A DNA stretch of 61,728 nt, the filler included, from Sphacelaria rigidula (taxonomy: Eukaryota), in NCBI GenBank assembly GCA_964200075.2. It is 11 parts of 11 records of this genome, joined end to end, with 100 filler letters (N's around TTAATTAATTAA, not from the genome) between each part and the next. Parts side by side here need not be neighbours in the genome. Positions count along the whole stretch, not along the records: positions 22,485 to 28,005 come from CAXNAA020026662.1; positions 28,106 to 33,626 come from CAXNAA020026663.1; positions 33,727 to 39,247 come from CAXNAA020026664.1; 8 more parts are not named here. One strand, written 5' to 3'. A program made the translations under genes and the position numbers. Under the pieces are notes generated by a model. The model did no database searches and was not told the DNA's origin. It saw only the letters and a list, made by a program, of their open reading frames with translations. Every line of letters begins with the position of its first letter. The stretch's first letter is position 1. Positions 23,226 to 36,133 of the stretch are shown in pieces.

Positions 23226-24865
23226 CTATGTCGTAGAGTAAAAGGCACCACGGGTTAGCGGTGTCTATTTTCTTGGACCGTGTGTGCCCCGGCAGCGGTG
23301 TTGAAGCTGTTGGGGCCAAGCACGGTGGTCGTCGTTTGCAGACTGAGCTACCTACCTGCCTGCAGTGCTGCTACGAGTGTACGCAACTACACCGTCTGAA
23401 AAGTGTATAGCTGGTGGTTTTATTTGGTGTATCTGCGCATACAACTCACATAAAGCAAGCATGCTGCAATCTAAGCACGGGGCTTTCTACAGTCCGTATT
23501 TTTACTGATGTGTGCTCCTGCAGCATCGCGAGAGAGCCGGTCGATCACGCCCTAGCCTGTCCGACTGCCCCCCCGTGTCACAAATTTCGATAATAACGAG
23601 CCCTGGGCGATTGCCAGAAACTCAGACCTTCTCTCATTTTTTTTATTTATCGATAAAAAAGGCTTTAAGTATAGCGTGCGTTGCGACAGCTCAAATCGAC
23701 GCCTTTCGAGAGCTCAAATCGACACCTTTGAGCCGATTTTGGACCTAAACACGTTCTGGACAAACTCGGTCTGCTGTCTACTGCTCATCATTGCTGACCT
23801 GCCCCAAATCATGGATTTTCTCAGAGTTTTGTTCATACTGAAATCAAGTAAAATCGAGTACCAATCATCACATTAGAAAATGCGGGTATAGTATTTTGTT
23901 TTTGTCTTCAAATTAAAAACCGTTCCGATATCTGCGCGGTACATTCGGACTGGGTATCTAATGCGGACGCCTTCCGTGGTCACAGGCTAGCAAAAAACTA
24001 AAACAAAACTAAAAATTGACCCAGATCAAAACTCACAAAACGCGATACAAGCAAAACAGGGATGAAAGATAGTACATATATATGGCTAACCTCAGAAGAT
24101 CCGGTGCCGCAGGTGGCCATTCGGACTTCAGGGGGTGGCACCCGGCTTTCCAACTCGACGCGCGACGCCAAGTAGAAACGAACATAGCGTCCGACTACGG
24201 GCGAGACTCAAGGCCCCAAATACCGCCAACCAAAGGACCAAGAATCGCAAGGTTCAATATTTCGACCTCTCGAGGGACAGCGACACGTACAAGCATACCA
24301 CCAGGTGTATCACGACAAGCACTGCATGACATAACGACACCCCTCATCGGGGGGGTTCATCCCCCAATCCCCCCATGATATGATAGGTGAATTGTGGCCA
24401 AAGGTGTGCGTTCGAAGTCTTGACCTGTAACAACGTGAGATTGAAAGTAGAGCGCTGATTGAGAGTGGCTTTGGTCATTCGATCTAACTTGCCCGTTTTT
24501 TATTCCGTGCGTGCCTTTGTTTGCTCCCATCACTGGTTTGTGCTTATATTTAAAGATCGATATCCTACTCAGGGATATCAAGAGCGTCAGTGGCATGCTA
24601 CTGCAGAAAACATATCGGGCGTCGCTGAGGGGTATTTCGGAACTGAAACGATTAATTCACTCATTGACCGCTTCTGACTCTCACCTCCTATATCCTCTAC
24701 TCTCCATCTCACGTAAACATTGCTCAATGTAATTGGAGGCTCCCTCATCACTTGTGTTTGTTTGTCCACGTCTCTTTATTTTTCGCGGAGGGCAATAAAT
24801 ACCTGCTCGATCGTTGCGGACAAAGCGATGACACGGGCGCTTTTTCTCTCTTTATTCAACCCATA

Positions 24866-25607
24866 ACAATGGATTCTCGAAAGTGGGGTTGAAAAACAAA
24901 TGAGGTTCAACTCAAAAGCCGTGCTTTCCCTTACCTACATTCATGAGAAATGACTTTCATACAGACGACCTTATCCTTCCCGACCTCCCGAAAACTATTT
25001 CGGGGGGTTTCTAGCCTTCCGTTCCCCAAAAGGGTATCTGCGAAAGCACGATTTTTGGGCCAAAAAACGTCCTTTTTCCACCCCGAAATCGAGGCAAAAG
25101 CAACGATGTTTTCGTGAGATTGAGAGTAGAGCGCTGATTGAGAGTGGCTTTGGTCATGCGCTCTAACTTGGCCATTTTGTTCACTCCGTGTGTCTTTTTC
25201 TTTACTTCTATCACTAGCGTGTGCTTACAGCTACACATCTATATCCTACTCCAGGATATCAAGGGCCTCAGTGGCAAGCTACTGGAGAACGCATATTATG
25301 GGGCCGTGCGGAGGGGCATTTCGGAATTGAAAGGATTCATTCACTAATTAATTGATCGCTTGTCACTCTCGATCGTATCCTCTACTCTCAATCTCACGGA
25401 GACATTATATTGTTAAGTGTGCTTTCGCTCATACCCTTTGGGGGAAAGGAAGGCTAGGAACCCTCCGATATAGCTTTTTGGGGGACGGGAAGGATGAAGT
25501 CGTCCGTATGAAAGTCATTTCTCATTCATCTAGGTAAAAGGGAAAGCACGGCTTTTGAGTTGAACCTCATTTGCTTTTTTCAACCCCATTTTCGAGAACC
25601 CACTGTT
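24866..25607. mobile_element. MITE with ~180-bp TIRs; family also at 28915-29333 and 54403-55043
   Basis: AAATGAGGTTCAACTCAAAAGCCGTGCTTTCCCTT versus AAGGGAAAGCACGGCTTTTGAGTTGAACCTCATTT. The internal part 25113-25400 is duplicated at 24434-24715. Confidence 0.88.
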
Positions 25608-26066
25608 CCATGTATATCATGTACCTGTATCATTTCGCATTTTTCACCACACTTTTGCCGACTTTTCTCTGCCAGCAAGGCATTTTTCTCCACGCTTTCT
25701 TTTGCAGCGCACTGAAAAGGCATACAAAGTTTATATTTATACTTTCGACTTACGTCACCCCCGGGAGACCCGTACCAACTTCCCGAAGGGGAACCTTGTA
25801 AAAAATATTATATGTATCAGGATAGAGTAAACGCCCCCATTACGGAACAGTACCAATTAAGGAACCTTGTTCTCAGTTGTCCATAACTCCGCGAATTATT
25901 GATCGTTTTCCGTTTTAGTTTGTGCTGCGTATGCACAAGAGCATGACGCTTCTTTTTAGTTACTACCCGTGCCTTTTGCATAAAAAAACACCATCCCACA
26001 GCACTGCGGATGAGCGCGTGTGTGTCTTTCTCCAAAATCAGCTTTTTGGTCGATCGGCTGCTAAGC

Positions 26067-26580
26067 ATGCAGAGAGTATGGCTGGACCCAGAACTTGCAG
26101 CAGAGGCCGTAGAAGCGGTACGCAGCGGTCGCATGACCTTCCATGCTGCAAAGACCTTCCATGCTGCAAAAGCGTGTCAGTGGTCGCGTGGGCATAGCTG
26201 GCAGGGTTGGCCCGGGTACTGTACTGTCGACGGAGGAAGAAAAGTCCATCGAAGATATGCTGAAATTTGCCGCAGCTCATCAACCGGCCTGAATCGAGAT
26301 GGCCTGGAACAGGCGATTATGGCCCTCTGCAGCGACAACCGACCGGTGTTATAGGACCCGACAGTAGGCTCAGGTCGAAAATGGCTCGACTTGTTCCTTT
26401 GGAGGCACACGCGGCTAGGTGAGCGCAGCAACCGCATCTACAAGGCCGACAGGGTGGTGTGGCCGACGAAGATCACATGACGGAGATTATGCGGCCTGTG
26501 AGGACTACGTGAACAAGGAGAAGCCAGCAACCGCCCACAGATGGAACACTGACGAGACAGGTGTTTCACAGTCTGTCAAG
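26067..26580 (+). pseudogene. Decayed pogo/Fot1-like (Tc1/mariner superfamily) transposase N-terminus
   Basis: AEAVEAVRSGRMTFHAA (psq-type HTH), GRKWLDLFLWRHTRL (CENP-B-type HTH end) after an in-frame TAG, then frameshifted WNTDETG (first catalytic D motif). Contains an 18-bp tandem duplication at ~26135. Confidence 0.8.
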
Positions 26581-27240
26581 AGCCGTTTCGTTTATGTGAT
26601 GCAACGCATGTGTCTAGAGCTAGAGCCAGGGACTGTTGCTGTGGAGTGGTGTTTGCCTACTCTCAATCATGCTGCATTCGAAACGGTATTATTCTCATCG
26701 CATCCTTCGCCGACAAAGCGCTTGGCGTTTGCCCGCTTATTGCTGTCTCGGCGAGTTCTGTTGAACGCACATACTCTGTATAGAGGTACTGCCTATACTG
26801 TCTGTAGATGTGTTGCAAGCACCGGGGTTAGAGTGGTGCTAGTACTGTGCGTACCACCCGATACTCGACGTACTACTCTGTACCGCCCCCCCCCCACACA
26901 CACTCCCCCACACACTTTCCCCCTACAGCCACCACCCGCGGACATTTTCGCCGTAGGTGTGACTCCGCAACGGACCAGGGCGCGGAAGGTCATCGCCGAG
27001 AGAGATTCGCGTTTCGCTACTTGGTTTGCTCTCTTTCGTGCTCGTTGCTGTCTGCGAGCTGCGTCTACCGTTCTCGTAGTCATTGTCGATTTTGGTGAAA
27101 ATTTTGTGTGGGGGGGGGGAAGGGGGGGGAGGGGGGGCAGCAAACGTGTTTCATTGTAACTCGGTCACATCCGTCGAACACCAGCTTTTGCGAGAATAAT
27201 GTCGAGACTAATTCCACTTGGTTGGGTAGCTCTAAACAAA

Positions 27241-27349
27241 CACGGGTGGTCACTGGGGTGTCTGCAACCTCAAATTTGGATGTTACAGACCTCGGCAACG
27301 TCTGTAACATCCAAATTTGAGGTTGCAGGCACCCCAGTGGCCACCCGTG
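27241..27349. repeat. Near-perfect 50-bp inverted repeat hairpin with 9-nt loop
   Basis: 48 of 50 Watson-Crick pairs. Termini are CACGG...CCGTG. Confidence 0.95.
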
Positions 27350-28914
27350 AACAGAGAGTATACAGCTCTACGAATGTGTTTGTTGAGTCCGGCGTTGCCA
27401 ACCACGGAGAAGGATGCTCAAATTTGTTCCGTGAATCCGGGGACATGCCAATTTTATCCCCGAATTGACTATTTTCCCTCTTTGGTGCCGGGAAGTGGTG
27501 CATGGTGATGCATTGCGATGCGTAATTGTTTGTGCCAAAGGAAAATATCTGGAACGTCCTAGCTCCACGTGTTCCATTTTCGAAGTCACTGTCGATTTCT
27601 GGTGATTTGGGCGCATCACTCAACGTGCGTCATAGTACCTTAATCGTAATCGATGGACATCAAACTCTGGGAGATTAGTATCACAACATGTTTCAATAGG
27701 TTGAAAAAGAGAAAAAGAAAAAGAACGTTTTCATCGAGTACTGTCATAGAGAGGGAGTTAGCTAATGCAGTGGCTGGGGTCTATCAGTATGAGTGCCGGG
27801 AGATACCATGGTGTCAGCCTCACCAAGCTCCCACGTGGGCAAACTCACACAGACCTAGCTATCCTCCCTTGACTTATCACCATGTAGATTCATTCATGTT
27901 CAGACTCTTGATAAGGAACTCACGTGTTTGCTTAGCATCATGTTTTATCTACAAGCAGCTCTCTTACTCAGTACAGCCGCAGGGCAGCCATAGAAGCAGA
28001 GCGTANNNNNNNNNNNNNNNNNNNNNNNNNNNNNNNNNNNNNNNNNNNNTTAATTAATTAANNNNNNNNNNNNNNNNNNNNNNNNNNNNNNNNNNNNNNN
28101 NNNNNCCCTACCGTCTCGAAAGGGAGGCGTGGTCAATGGTCAAACGACTAAGGTAAGCAACAAATGAGTACGCCCCCCCCCTGTCTGGATCGTAGGATGA
28201 CTCGACCACGGGTTTCCACGTGCAAGGCAAGCTCTCACATGACCATCTCTGAAACGGGCACAATCACCAAATGAACATCTTTGAAGCGGAAGGCGAACAT
28301 GACTATCTCTGATCCCGCCACGAGTGGCGCATGGCCATTCTTGAACTAGGCAATACTCTCTCACATGACCATCTTTGGAATGAATGGCAAAAGTTGTATG
28401 TATTCTGACGTGAGTGTTCTTTGAGCCGGTTCAGAAACATGAGCACACACGTGGAAAAGACCGTACCCCGGACAAAATAATACACTGTTAAAATGTGTAC
28501 TTTGTGCAGTATTTCCTATTGCCCCTAGTGCAGCAGGCAATAGATTCCATACTTTACGCAGTACATTTTTTACAGTATAACCTATTGCCCGGGGTGTGAA
28601 AAAGACATGTGTTAACACCGGTCACGTGAAAACCTTGATTTTTTAAAGCTAAAAAGACACTTTTCGAGGGGTGCTTGTTAGTGAGAATTACGTGGAGAAA
28701 CACGTGGTGAACAGGATCCGAGGTGACTGACCGTAACGTAGCGGATTGGACTGTTTGTGACGAAGTCATGCAGACCGCACTGTGTTGGCGAGCTGCACCT
28801 TGTTGTTTTTCATCTTACAAACCGCTCCGATCTCTGCAAAATACCTTCTAACTTTCATGCTGGGCATCTCATGCGGACGTGTTCCGTGGTGACTGTCACT
28901 GGCTAAAGAAGAGA

Positions 28915-29333
28915 TTATCTTCGAAAATGAGGTTGAACATTAAAATGAGATTCAACTCCAAAACAGTGCTTTCCCGAACCTATACGAGCCATGACAGATG
29001 ACTTTCATACGTACGACTTCCGGCCCCCTGACCTCCCTGAAACTGTTTTTTGTACTTCCTCAAAGGGTATGTGCGAAACCACCGTTTTCGGGCTAAAAAC
29101 GTCCCTTCTTATACCTCAAAATAGACGCAAGAAGGTGCTTTCGCAAATACCCTCATACCGGTTGGGGGAACGAAAGACAGGAAACCCTCAATATGTAGTT
29201 TCAGGAGCTTCATAGAGGTCGGGGGGCATGAAGTCGTCCATGTGAATGTCATTTGTCATGACTTCGGGTCAGGGGAAGCACTCTTCTGGAGTTAAGCCTT
29301 ATTTTAATGATCAGCGTCATTTTCGAAGATACT
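28915..29333. mobile_element. MITE of the long-TIR family, within the probable OST48 intron
   Basis: TATCTTCGAAAATGA ... TCATTTTCGAAGATA inverted ends. ATGACTTTCATAC..ACGAC is shared with the 24866 element. Confidence 0.8.
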
Positions 29334-29625
29334 CTCTTCAGGTTTAATGAGAGAATCGAATAAGAAATAGAATAAATTACGACCAAAGGAAATCAAGATG
29401 AACGAGATACAACAAAATAAGAGGTGAGAATACCCCCGGAAGATCTGCTGCCGCAGGCGACCATTCGGACTCAAGTAGATGGAGTCCGCCACTCGCACCC
29501 GCTCAATGGGGTCATCATCCAGTGGGCCATGCTCACTGTACCATGATCCACACAAACGACTCGCGACGACTCTGCATCCTTGTGCTCCACGTTGATTGTT
29601 CCCGACTGTTTTGACGGTTTCGTAG

Positions 29626-29770
29626 GGCGTTTGCTCACACGACTGTGCGGGGCGAAGTTGCTTTTGAGAACTCGCTGATTCTCGGTGGATACAGCTCCGC
29701 CAAAGATGGTGCCGTGGTGTTCAGTGGAGTGGCGCATGCCACCGACGACGATAACTACCTCGTGACGAAG
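29626..29770 (+). CDS. OST48: Exon of oligosaccharyltransferase 48-kDa subunit (OST48/WBP1/DDOST), partial gene
   Basis: cgtag acceptor and AAG|gtacgg donor. ...GAVVFSGVAHATDDDNYLVTK resembles DDOST [20 protein letters not shown]. Confidence 0.85.
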
Positions 29771-30483
29771 GTACGGTTTTTTCACAAAGCCGAAGCGTTT
29801 TCTTCGTTGTTTGCCTTTGTTGTCATCTCTTCTGATTTTTCTTCTTTCCTTGTATTTCTGTTTTTTCTTTCGTTTTTTTTCGTGGCCCCTCTTTGCTCTT
29901 TTTGTGTTGCTGCTGTGTTTCTTTTTTGCGTTTTTTTTTGTTTTCTTTATGTCTTTTTTTCTTCCTTTTTTTTTTTTTTTTGGCCATTCGTGTTTTCTCC
30001 GTCCAATACATTGACTTCCCGTTGGAAAAACTGGGGAAAACTGGGGATTCGGAATGAAGGTTGTATGGAAGTGCAATGAAGGTCGTGACTTGACGTTTTC
30101 CGTCTTGTTCCGCTTTGTTTTCGTTTCGTCAAACTTTCAATAGCACCCCTTCTGCTCCCAGAGGGGAAAATGCGGGATGTGAACGAAGGTGGCATGAAAT
30201 CGTTTGATGCATTAGAGAGTCGCAGAAAAAACAATGACTATTCTAGGAGATGAATGGTGGCCACAGACGGCGACATGGGACGAGGATAAGATCTGTAACA
30301 GGTTTTTGTGTAATGTATAAAGTAAACGTAATTAGCACGGGAAGTGTCTCTATTTGGAGTAGGAACGGTGCTCCGTCTCGAAAGGGATGCGTGGTCAATG
30401 GTCAAACGACTATTGAAGGCAACCAACGAATGAGTATCCCCCCCCCCCGTCGCTCCCTTTCCGGATCTCGTGACATAATCAAG

Positions 30484-30588
30484 GTGCTCACGGGCTCACG
30501 CACGGCATACTCTGCCGACCCGGGCAGGGCCATCGGAAAATTCCCAGAAAATGCCGGACGAGATACCCTTCTCGTCTCCGCGGTGCAG
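30484..30588 (+). CDS. OST48: Exon of OST48/WBP1
   Basis: VLTGSRTAYSADPGRAIGKFPENAGRDTLLVSAVQ resembles DDOST ILTGSSTSYS..P...I..YP.AVGKNTLLIAGLQ. aag acceptor, CAG|gtgcgg donor, phase 0/0. Confidence 0.9.
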
Positions 30589-32037
30589 GTGCGGGTCGAT
30601 GCTGGTTCTTGACCCCTCTTGACCTCGAAGGGCTTTCCACACGTTATCTGACACTGATTTATAGTGTTGTTTGAAATGCCATGGATTGATGATCCGAGAA
30701 TATCGTGAGCCAACCAATCACCAATCGCAATTGCTTTGCTCGCGAAGTTTCATCCGTGGTGGTATAATTATGGGTCATCAGCATCGTTGTTATTTTATCA
30801 GCATTTTATTTGTATCATCAGTACTCTTATTATTACTTGTAGTGTTGCTAGTATTATATTATATTACATCATTCAGTTAAAGCGCGACAATCAATCAATC
30901 AATCAATCATTTGCATTTTCACGCTTTTACAATTTTCACATTTTCACATTTTCACATTTTCACATCATCATATTTTCATTTTTACATTATTACATGATCA
31001 CATTCGTACATTTATTATGATCATTGCTGTATGGTACGGTATGGAATAGTCAAAGTTGTGCCTAGCGATCTTGATCGTACTATGACGGGGTAAAGCGCTG
31101 TCGAGTGAAACCCCCCGTCTGCCGATACACGACGAGGTGAGACTAATGCTGAGATAGCCCCCCCACAAAAAGTGCACAGGAAACCGTCCGACAAACCGGC
31201 TGCGATTCCACTTTTGGGCTTGTTTGCAGCAATTGCGCCCACATGAGAGGCGTGTAGCAGTCCGAAATCAGCTATAACGCCCAAATGAGTCGCGTCGTGC
31301 ACCACGAAACCAGCTCTTGTCGCGTTTATGATCATCGCCTCCGTGCACTTTTTTGGCCGAATCAGGGAGGGGGGCTATCTCAGCGGCAGTCGTGAGCAAT
31401 CAGTGGAATGTTCCTCGTTGTACTGCTCAGCAGAGCATGGCAATAAACACCACCATTCAACGCGCCTGGTCGAAATATAATCCTTCGTTCTATTCGATGT
31501 TCTTAACGTGTAGATCCTGGGAAGTAACCATGACAGAACCCGCCATTTTTGGACCGAGAATTGGATGTGCCGAGGGCTGTGTGCCTGAGAAACCCCAGAA
31601 AAAAGAAACGAGCTCTCCCTCCTGACGATGTGAAATAAATGCTGATCTCTCAGTTTTCCTCGTGACGAGCGACGATGCGGCGTTCGCCGCACTCTTGCGC
31701 TTGTTGCTGCACTTCTTACTTTTAGTCATTTTCCATTTCTGTATGTTGTGTGTTGGAGCATCGTTGAAACAGGTACAAACCCCAGTACAGTTAAACCCAG
31801 TCCGTGACAGAATCCTGGGTCTGGAAAAAACACTTGATAATTGGTCAGAGTGTATGATGGCATTTGAATATTTTGGAGGGTTGGCAGTCTCGGGGTCGTA
31901 CGTAGGCGTGCGCAGGAAACGTTTTGGGGTAAGTATGCGCCGCACTGTTGTAGCGTTCCTCCATGTATTTGTCCTTCGTGCCATCCCTTGTTTCGTTTTT
32001 TTTTGTCATCTCTCGCAACGCTATCGTCGTAATTCAG

Positions 32038-32093
32038 GCCCGCACGAACGCCCGCATGGTGTTCACGGGATCGCTATCTATGTTCAGCAACAG
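32038..32093 (+). CDS. OST48: Exon of OST48/WBP1
   Basis: ARTNARMVFTGSLSMFSN completes the signature QARNNARV.FSGSL..FS. ttcag acceptor, AG|gtgcgg donor. Confidence 0.92.
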
Positions 32094-32719
32094 GTGCGGG
32101 TGTGGGTGTATGTCAACGTGTGTGTATGTCACGTGTGTGCCTGCCTAGATCTTGCTCCTGGTTATGTCGCGCTAATATTGCGCTGATTCTCCATTTTTCG
32201 AGGCTGTTGGGAGTGTTCGATGTTGGTCTCGAGAATGCTACGCGTTTGTGCATTGCGGTGCGATGCCTACGTTGCGATGCCTGGGCTGGGCTAGTGTCTG
32301 CGCGTGTCTGAGTTACCATGTGTTTTCGACTACACCCGTCGTGATGGATTGACGAATCAGTCTATTGTGTCTGCTCACATCATCATCTTCTACGAATCCA
32401 GCGGCGGTCACCAACAGGGTAGACGTGTGTATGTGTGTGTGTGTGTGTTTTTATCTCATTTATTCTCGGCACCTACAGAGCAAATTTCGGTACATGTGAG
32501 TGTGCCAGCTGGGGTCACACAGGAGGAAGGTCATACTTTTTTTTTTTACCCTTGATCTACCCTTCCTTTTGCGGTGCTTGCCTTCATTTTTATCACGAAA
32601 CGTGTTCGGCCGTCCCTTTCCCTCGTCGAGAGTTGAACGGAATTGTATGTACCCACGAAATGATCGTTTTCCGTTGCTAGGCATGTTGTGAAAAGAAAAA
32701 ACACTTTGCGCGATCTACA

Positions 32720-32790
32720 GCGAGGATCGAACTCATGACCTAATCGTCACAAGGTGTTCGAGGTTTTAAACTGAACCACCGGGGCGACCA
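32720..32790 (-). mobile_element. tRNA-derived SINE head
   Basis: Reverse complement reads GGTCGCCCCGGTGGTTCAGTTT..AACCTCG...GAGTTCGATCC. Confidence 0.7.
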
Positions 32791-34602
32791 GTCCAGGTGT
32801 AGGTAATCTTAATGGAGGAAACTGCTGACCGAAGGTGAATAAGGTAGAGAGATGACAACACAGCGATAGAGACACTGATTTATTTTGCCGAACGTTGTCG
32901 ACCCGCCAGAAATGCGGCTGTGGGTCATTGGATAAAAGATAGACGTGAGCAATGCCACGTTAGGCAAGGGGCCTTACAGACTGGAATACGTCATTCACCG
33001 CCCCCAATTCCCGAAAACCTCATTTTGGGCGACGGGTGGGAGGGGTACCCCATTTTGGATGGGTAGGTACCCCCCTGATCAGGTGGATAATGACGATAGT
33101 AGGTACTGTACNNNNNNNNNNAGCACGTGCATGAACGGCTTTTCCCAGCTTGTGCCAGGCTTGTGTACAAGCTGTGTGTGCTATGGCTGCACGGCAGGTG
33201 GTGGGGGTACGTCGAGCCTTGACTGAGCAACGTCTGTATTTGCTGTGTCTGGGTCTGTGTTGTCGTCCCATCTGTTCTGGATGCCAGTCTACACCTTCCG
33301 GTATATATGGGCGCATGAGCCGGGGTCATACAGGAGGAAGACCGGCACAGGAGTCTTTTCTTTTTTGTTTCTTTTAGTTCTCCATCTTCCTGCTGCGGTG
33401 CTTCCCTTATTTTCCTTTTATCGACAGAGAGGTTCAGCACTCCCTTTCCCTCGTCGATCGTGAGGTCGAATTTAATTGGAACATATTATGCCAGCACGGA
33501 AAACGAATACAGAACTTCGACTCGTTGGCTACTTTCTTTAGCGACACCATCTTCACGAGATTCTCATTAGTCGCTTCTACCTGTGTTGCTGTGCAGTATG
33601 CCGACCTTCAGAGATTACCCCTCGACNNNNNNNNNNNNNNNNNNNNNNNNNNNNNNNNNNNNNNNNNNNNTTAATTAATTAANNNNNNNNNNNNNNNNNN
33701 NNNNNNNNNNNNNNNNNNNNNNNNNNCCACACCGCACAATATGGTCTAGCTCGACGACCATCATGGTTTCCGCAAAAAAGCGCAAGCGCGCGAAAAAAAC
33801 GGTAACCTGGTTGCCTAGCTTACGCAGTGAGTGACGTGTTTTATAGTGCCATCGCCAACCGACGCCAACCCCATTGGGGGTCCGCCCCTACAAAGCCGGG
33901 ACGGGGCACGCCAGGTTCTCGCCGGACCAGGCTGATTTTGGGTGTACTCATGATCATGCCTGTCATAGTCATAAGACCATCGACCAAAAACCAGGGGGAT
34001 GGGGGGGGGATGAGTACTCTACACTCGGGATTCGCACCCACGATATTCACGAAGTTTAGACACTTTCTACGATATGCCTCCCCAAGAATGTGGCTGGTTT
34101 AGGGAGGCAAAACCTAGACGTGAACCGTAATGAAAAAAGCCGAGAACAACGAGCAGCCGGGAATTCCCACGCTTGGGTTCGTTTTCGCCAATGTCGCCCA
34201 TATGAGGCGCTTCATGCAGCCTGAAACCAAAATCAGGCGCCGTTTGACCATTTTCTTCGTGAAAGTTTCGGGCTAGTTTGTTTTTTATTTGGGGGTGGGG
34301 GCTATGTTAGAAAGTGCCTCTAGTGTTCATGTGCCAGTTTGACAACAGGCCGCGGGGATTTCAACGCTACGATCGCCGAAGGGAGACATAACTCGCACGT
34401 GGCTGCCCCAAGGCTTAGCTTGAACGAACCACAGCTATAGGACGGAGTGGTCGCTGCTGTCACGATGAAAGAAAATAAACAACACCACGTCTAAGAGTAC
34501 GACATCGCACACAATTTGGCACCGACCACTTGTTGTTACGAACTCTCGCTTCGAAGTGCACTGCACGGTACGAAGTGCACTGCACCATACACAGACAAGA
34601 GG

Positions 34603-35538
34603 TTATACGAGGTCCCGCGACAGATAATTTCTTGTGCTAGAAATTCCTAGCGCGATAGGAGACAACAAGTATTCTGGGCTACCAGCATACCTGGTACCGA
34701 CGTCGGACGCCTGACCCCCGTTCGGTACATCCCCTGCCTCGTTGCCCATACTCGCCCTCAGCCGGCCGGCGTCACCTCCGACCGCGTGTTTCGGTGCCAA
34801 GCCAAGCCCAGATGGAATCGCGACAGCCACGCTGGTGCTAGTGGCGAGAATAGTCTTGAGTGTGTTCGGTGTCGGTGGCGTGTCGCTGCCGTCAGCGAGA
34901 CCTACAAGCGGAGGAAGCACCGCAGGAGGGACAGGACTGCCGGTCGGCCCACGACTACCTCTAGCAGTAGTACGAGAATGATTTTCACGGCTCGTACTTT
35001 GTTTTTCGCCGCCATATTCATCGTCACCCGCGCGATTCGATCTTGAATCTCCGCGGATTTCGACAGCGCCGATGAAATCGGCGCCGCTGTCAAAAGGCTC
35101 CACCTTGAAACGTTGGTCTTCCCTCTCCTCCTGTGTAAGGTTGCTGTCGGCACTTGTAGTGCTGTCACTTCGGCGAACATTATCACAATGATCTCCCGAA
35201 CAGCCATGGTGATGTTGGTGTTGATGGAACTGATGGTAGGCCTGGAGGTCGCCACGGAGCTCCCGCAGCTCCGACTGCTGGTGGTGATACTGCGGCGACA
35301 AAGGCAAACGACAGCAACGACTACGCCGATTTTGCCGCTGCTGCCGTTGGGTTTTTTCCTCCTCAGCAAGGCGATAAAATCGCCGCCTCTCAGCCACCTT
35401 GCACGCAAGGTCAATGAATGATGTCACGTCAAGCATCGTCGCTACCATGGTTGCCTCGTCCTTGATTCGGGACCGCTGCAGCACAGCGGCGGCCTCCGAC
35501 GCCTTGCCTCGAGATTGCGCAAGTGCTACGAAGGCAAC
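34603..35538 (-). CDS. Terminal exon of large tandem-repeat protein of unknown function
   Basis: cctcag|GTT acceptor, 311 codons to TAA. In phase with the upstream giant exon (...REAIT|VAFVALAQSRG...). Has Q/H-rich and S/P-rich low complexity. Confidence 0.75.
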   Translation of the reverse strand, partial: VAFVALAQSRGKASEAAAVLQRSRIKDEATMVATMLDVTSFIDLACKVAERRRFYRLAEEEKTQRQQRQNRRSRCCRLPLSPQYHHQQSELRELRGDLQAYHQFHQHQHHHGCSGDHCDNVRRSDSTTSADSNLTQEEREDQRFKVEPFDSGADFIGAVEIRGDSRSNRAGDDEYGGEKQSTSRENHSRTTARGSRGPTGSPVPPAVLPPLVGLADGSDTPPTPNTLKTILATSTSVAVAIPSGLGLAPKHAVGGDAGRLRASMGNEAGDVPNGGQASDVGTRYAGSPEYLLSPIALGISSTRNYLSRDLV

Positions 35539-36133
35539 CTGAGGCATCCCACAATAGTAGGAAGAGGCGGCCGCGTCGACAGGACGGGGTGGGGGATGAG
35601 GAGGACTAGACATATCGATTAGTGTAAAACAAAGCAGTGCCAGTACCGTACTTGTTCAGGTCAGATATGGCTATTCAAGAGTGCTGAGATCGTTCGCTGT
35701 TCTTCGGCACAATCCCTGATGGTTATGACAGGTAGAAGAAGGGGCACGTTACGTGTTCTGCATCAACATCTGTACTGCAACTGTGTTCCGTCTCCGCTCC
35801 AAGTAGCGACAGAAATAGCCTTAACTACAGGAATTACCCGACGCTGACGGCGTAGCAATAGTTTACGTCGGCCACTAGCAGGGGACTTAGCTGGAGACTA
35901 CTCGCCGTTTGACTCACTTCATTGCTCACTGTAGGATGAGCTCGTCGAATTGTAGATAGCCGTTTCCGTACCTGAGCCTGAAACAGGGGGGTCGTGGATT
36001 AGGGCTTTCGAGGGGGAGAAAAAGAAGAAGGTGGTGCAAAAAAACCGGAGTACAGTAGAAGCAAAGAGTAGTTTCTGATGAGAGCGTGGAAAGTGGTGAC
36101 AGACAGCAGCAACTGCTCGTATGCCCAACCCAC

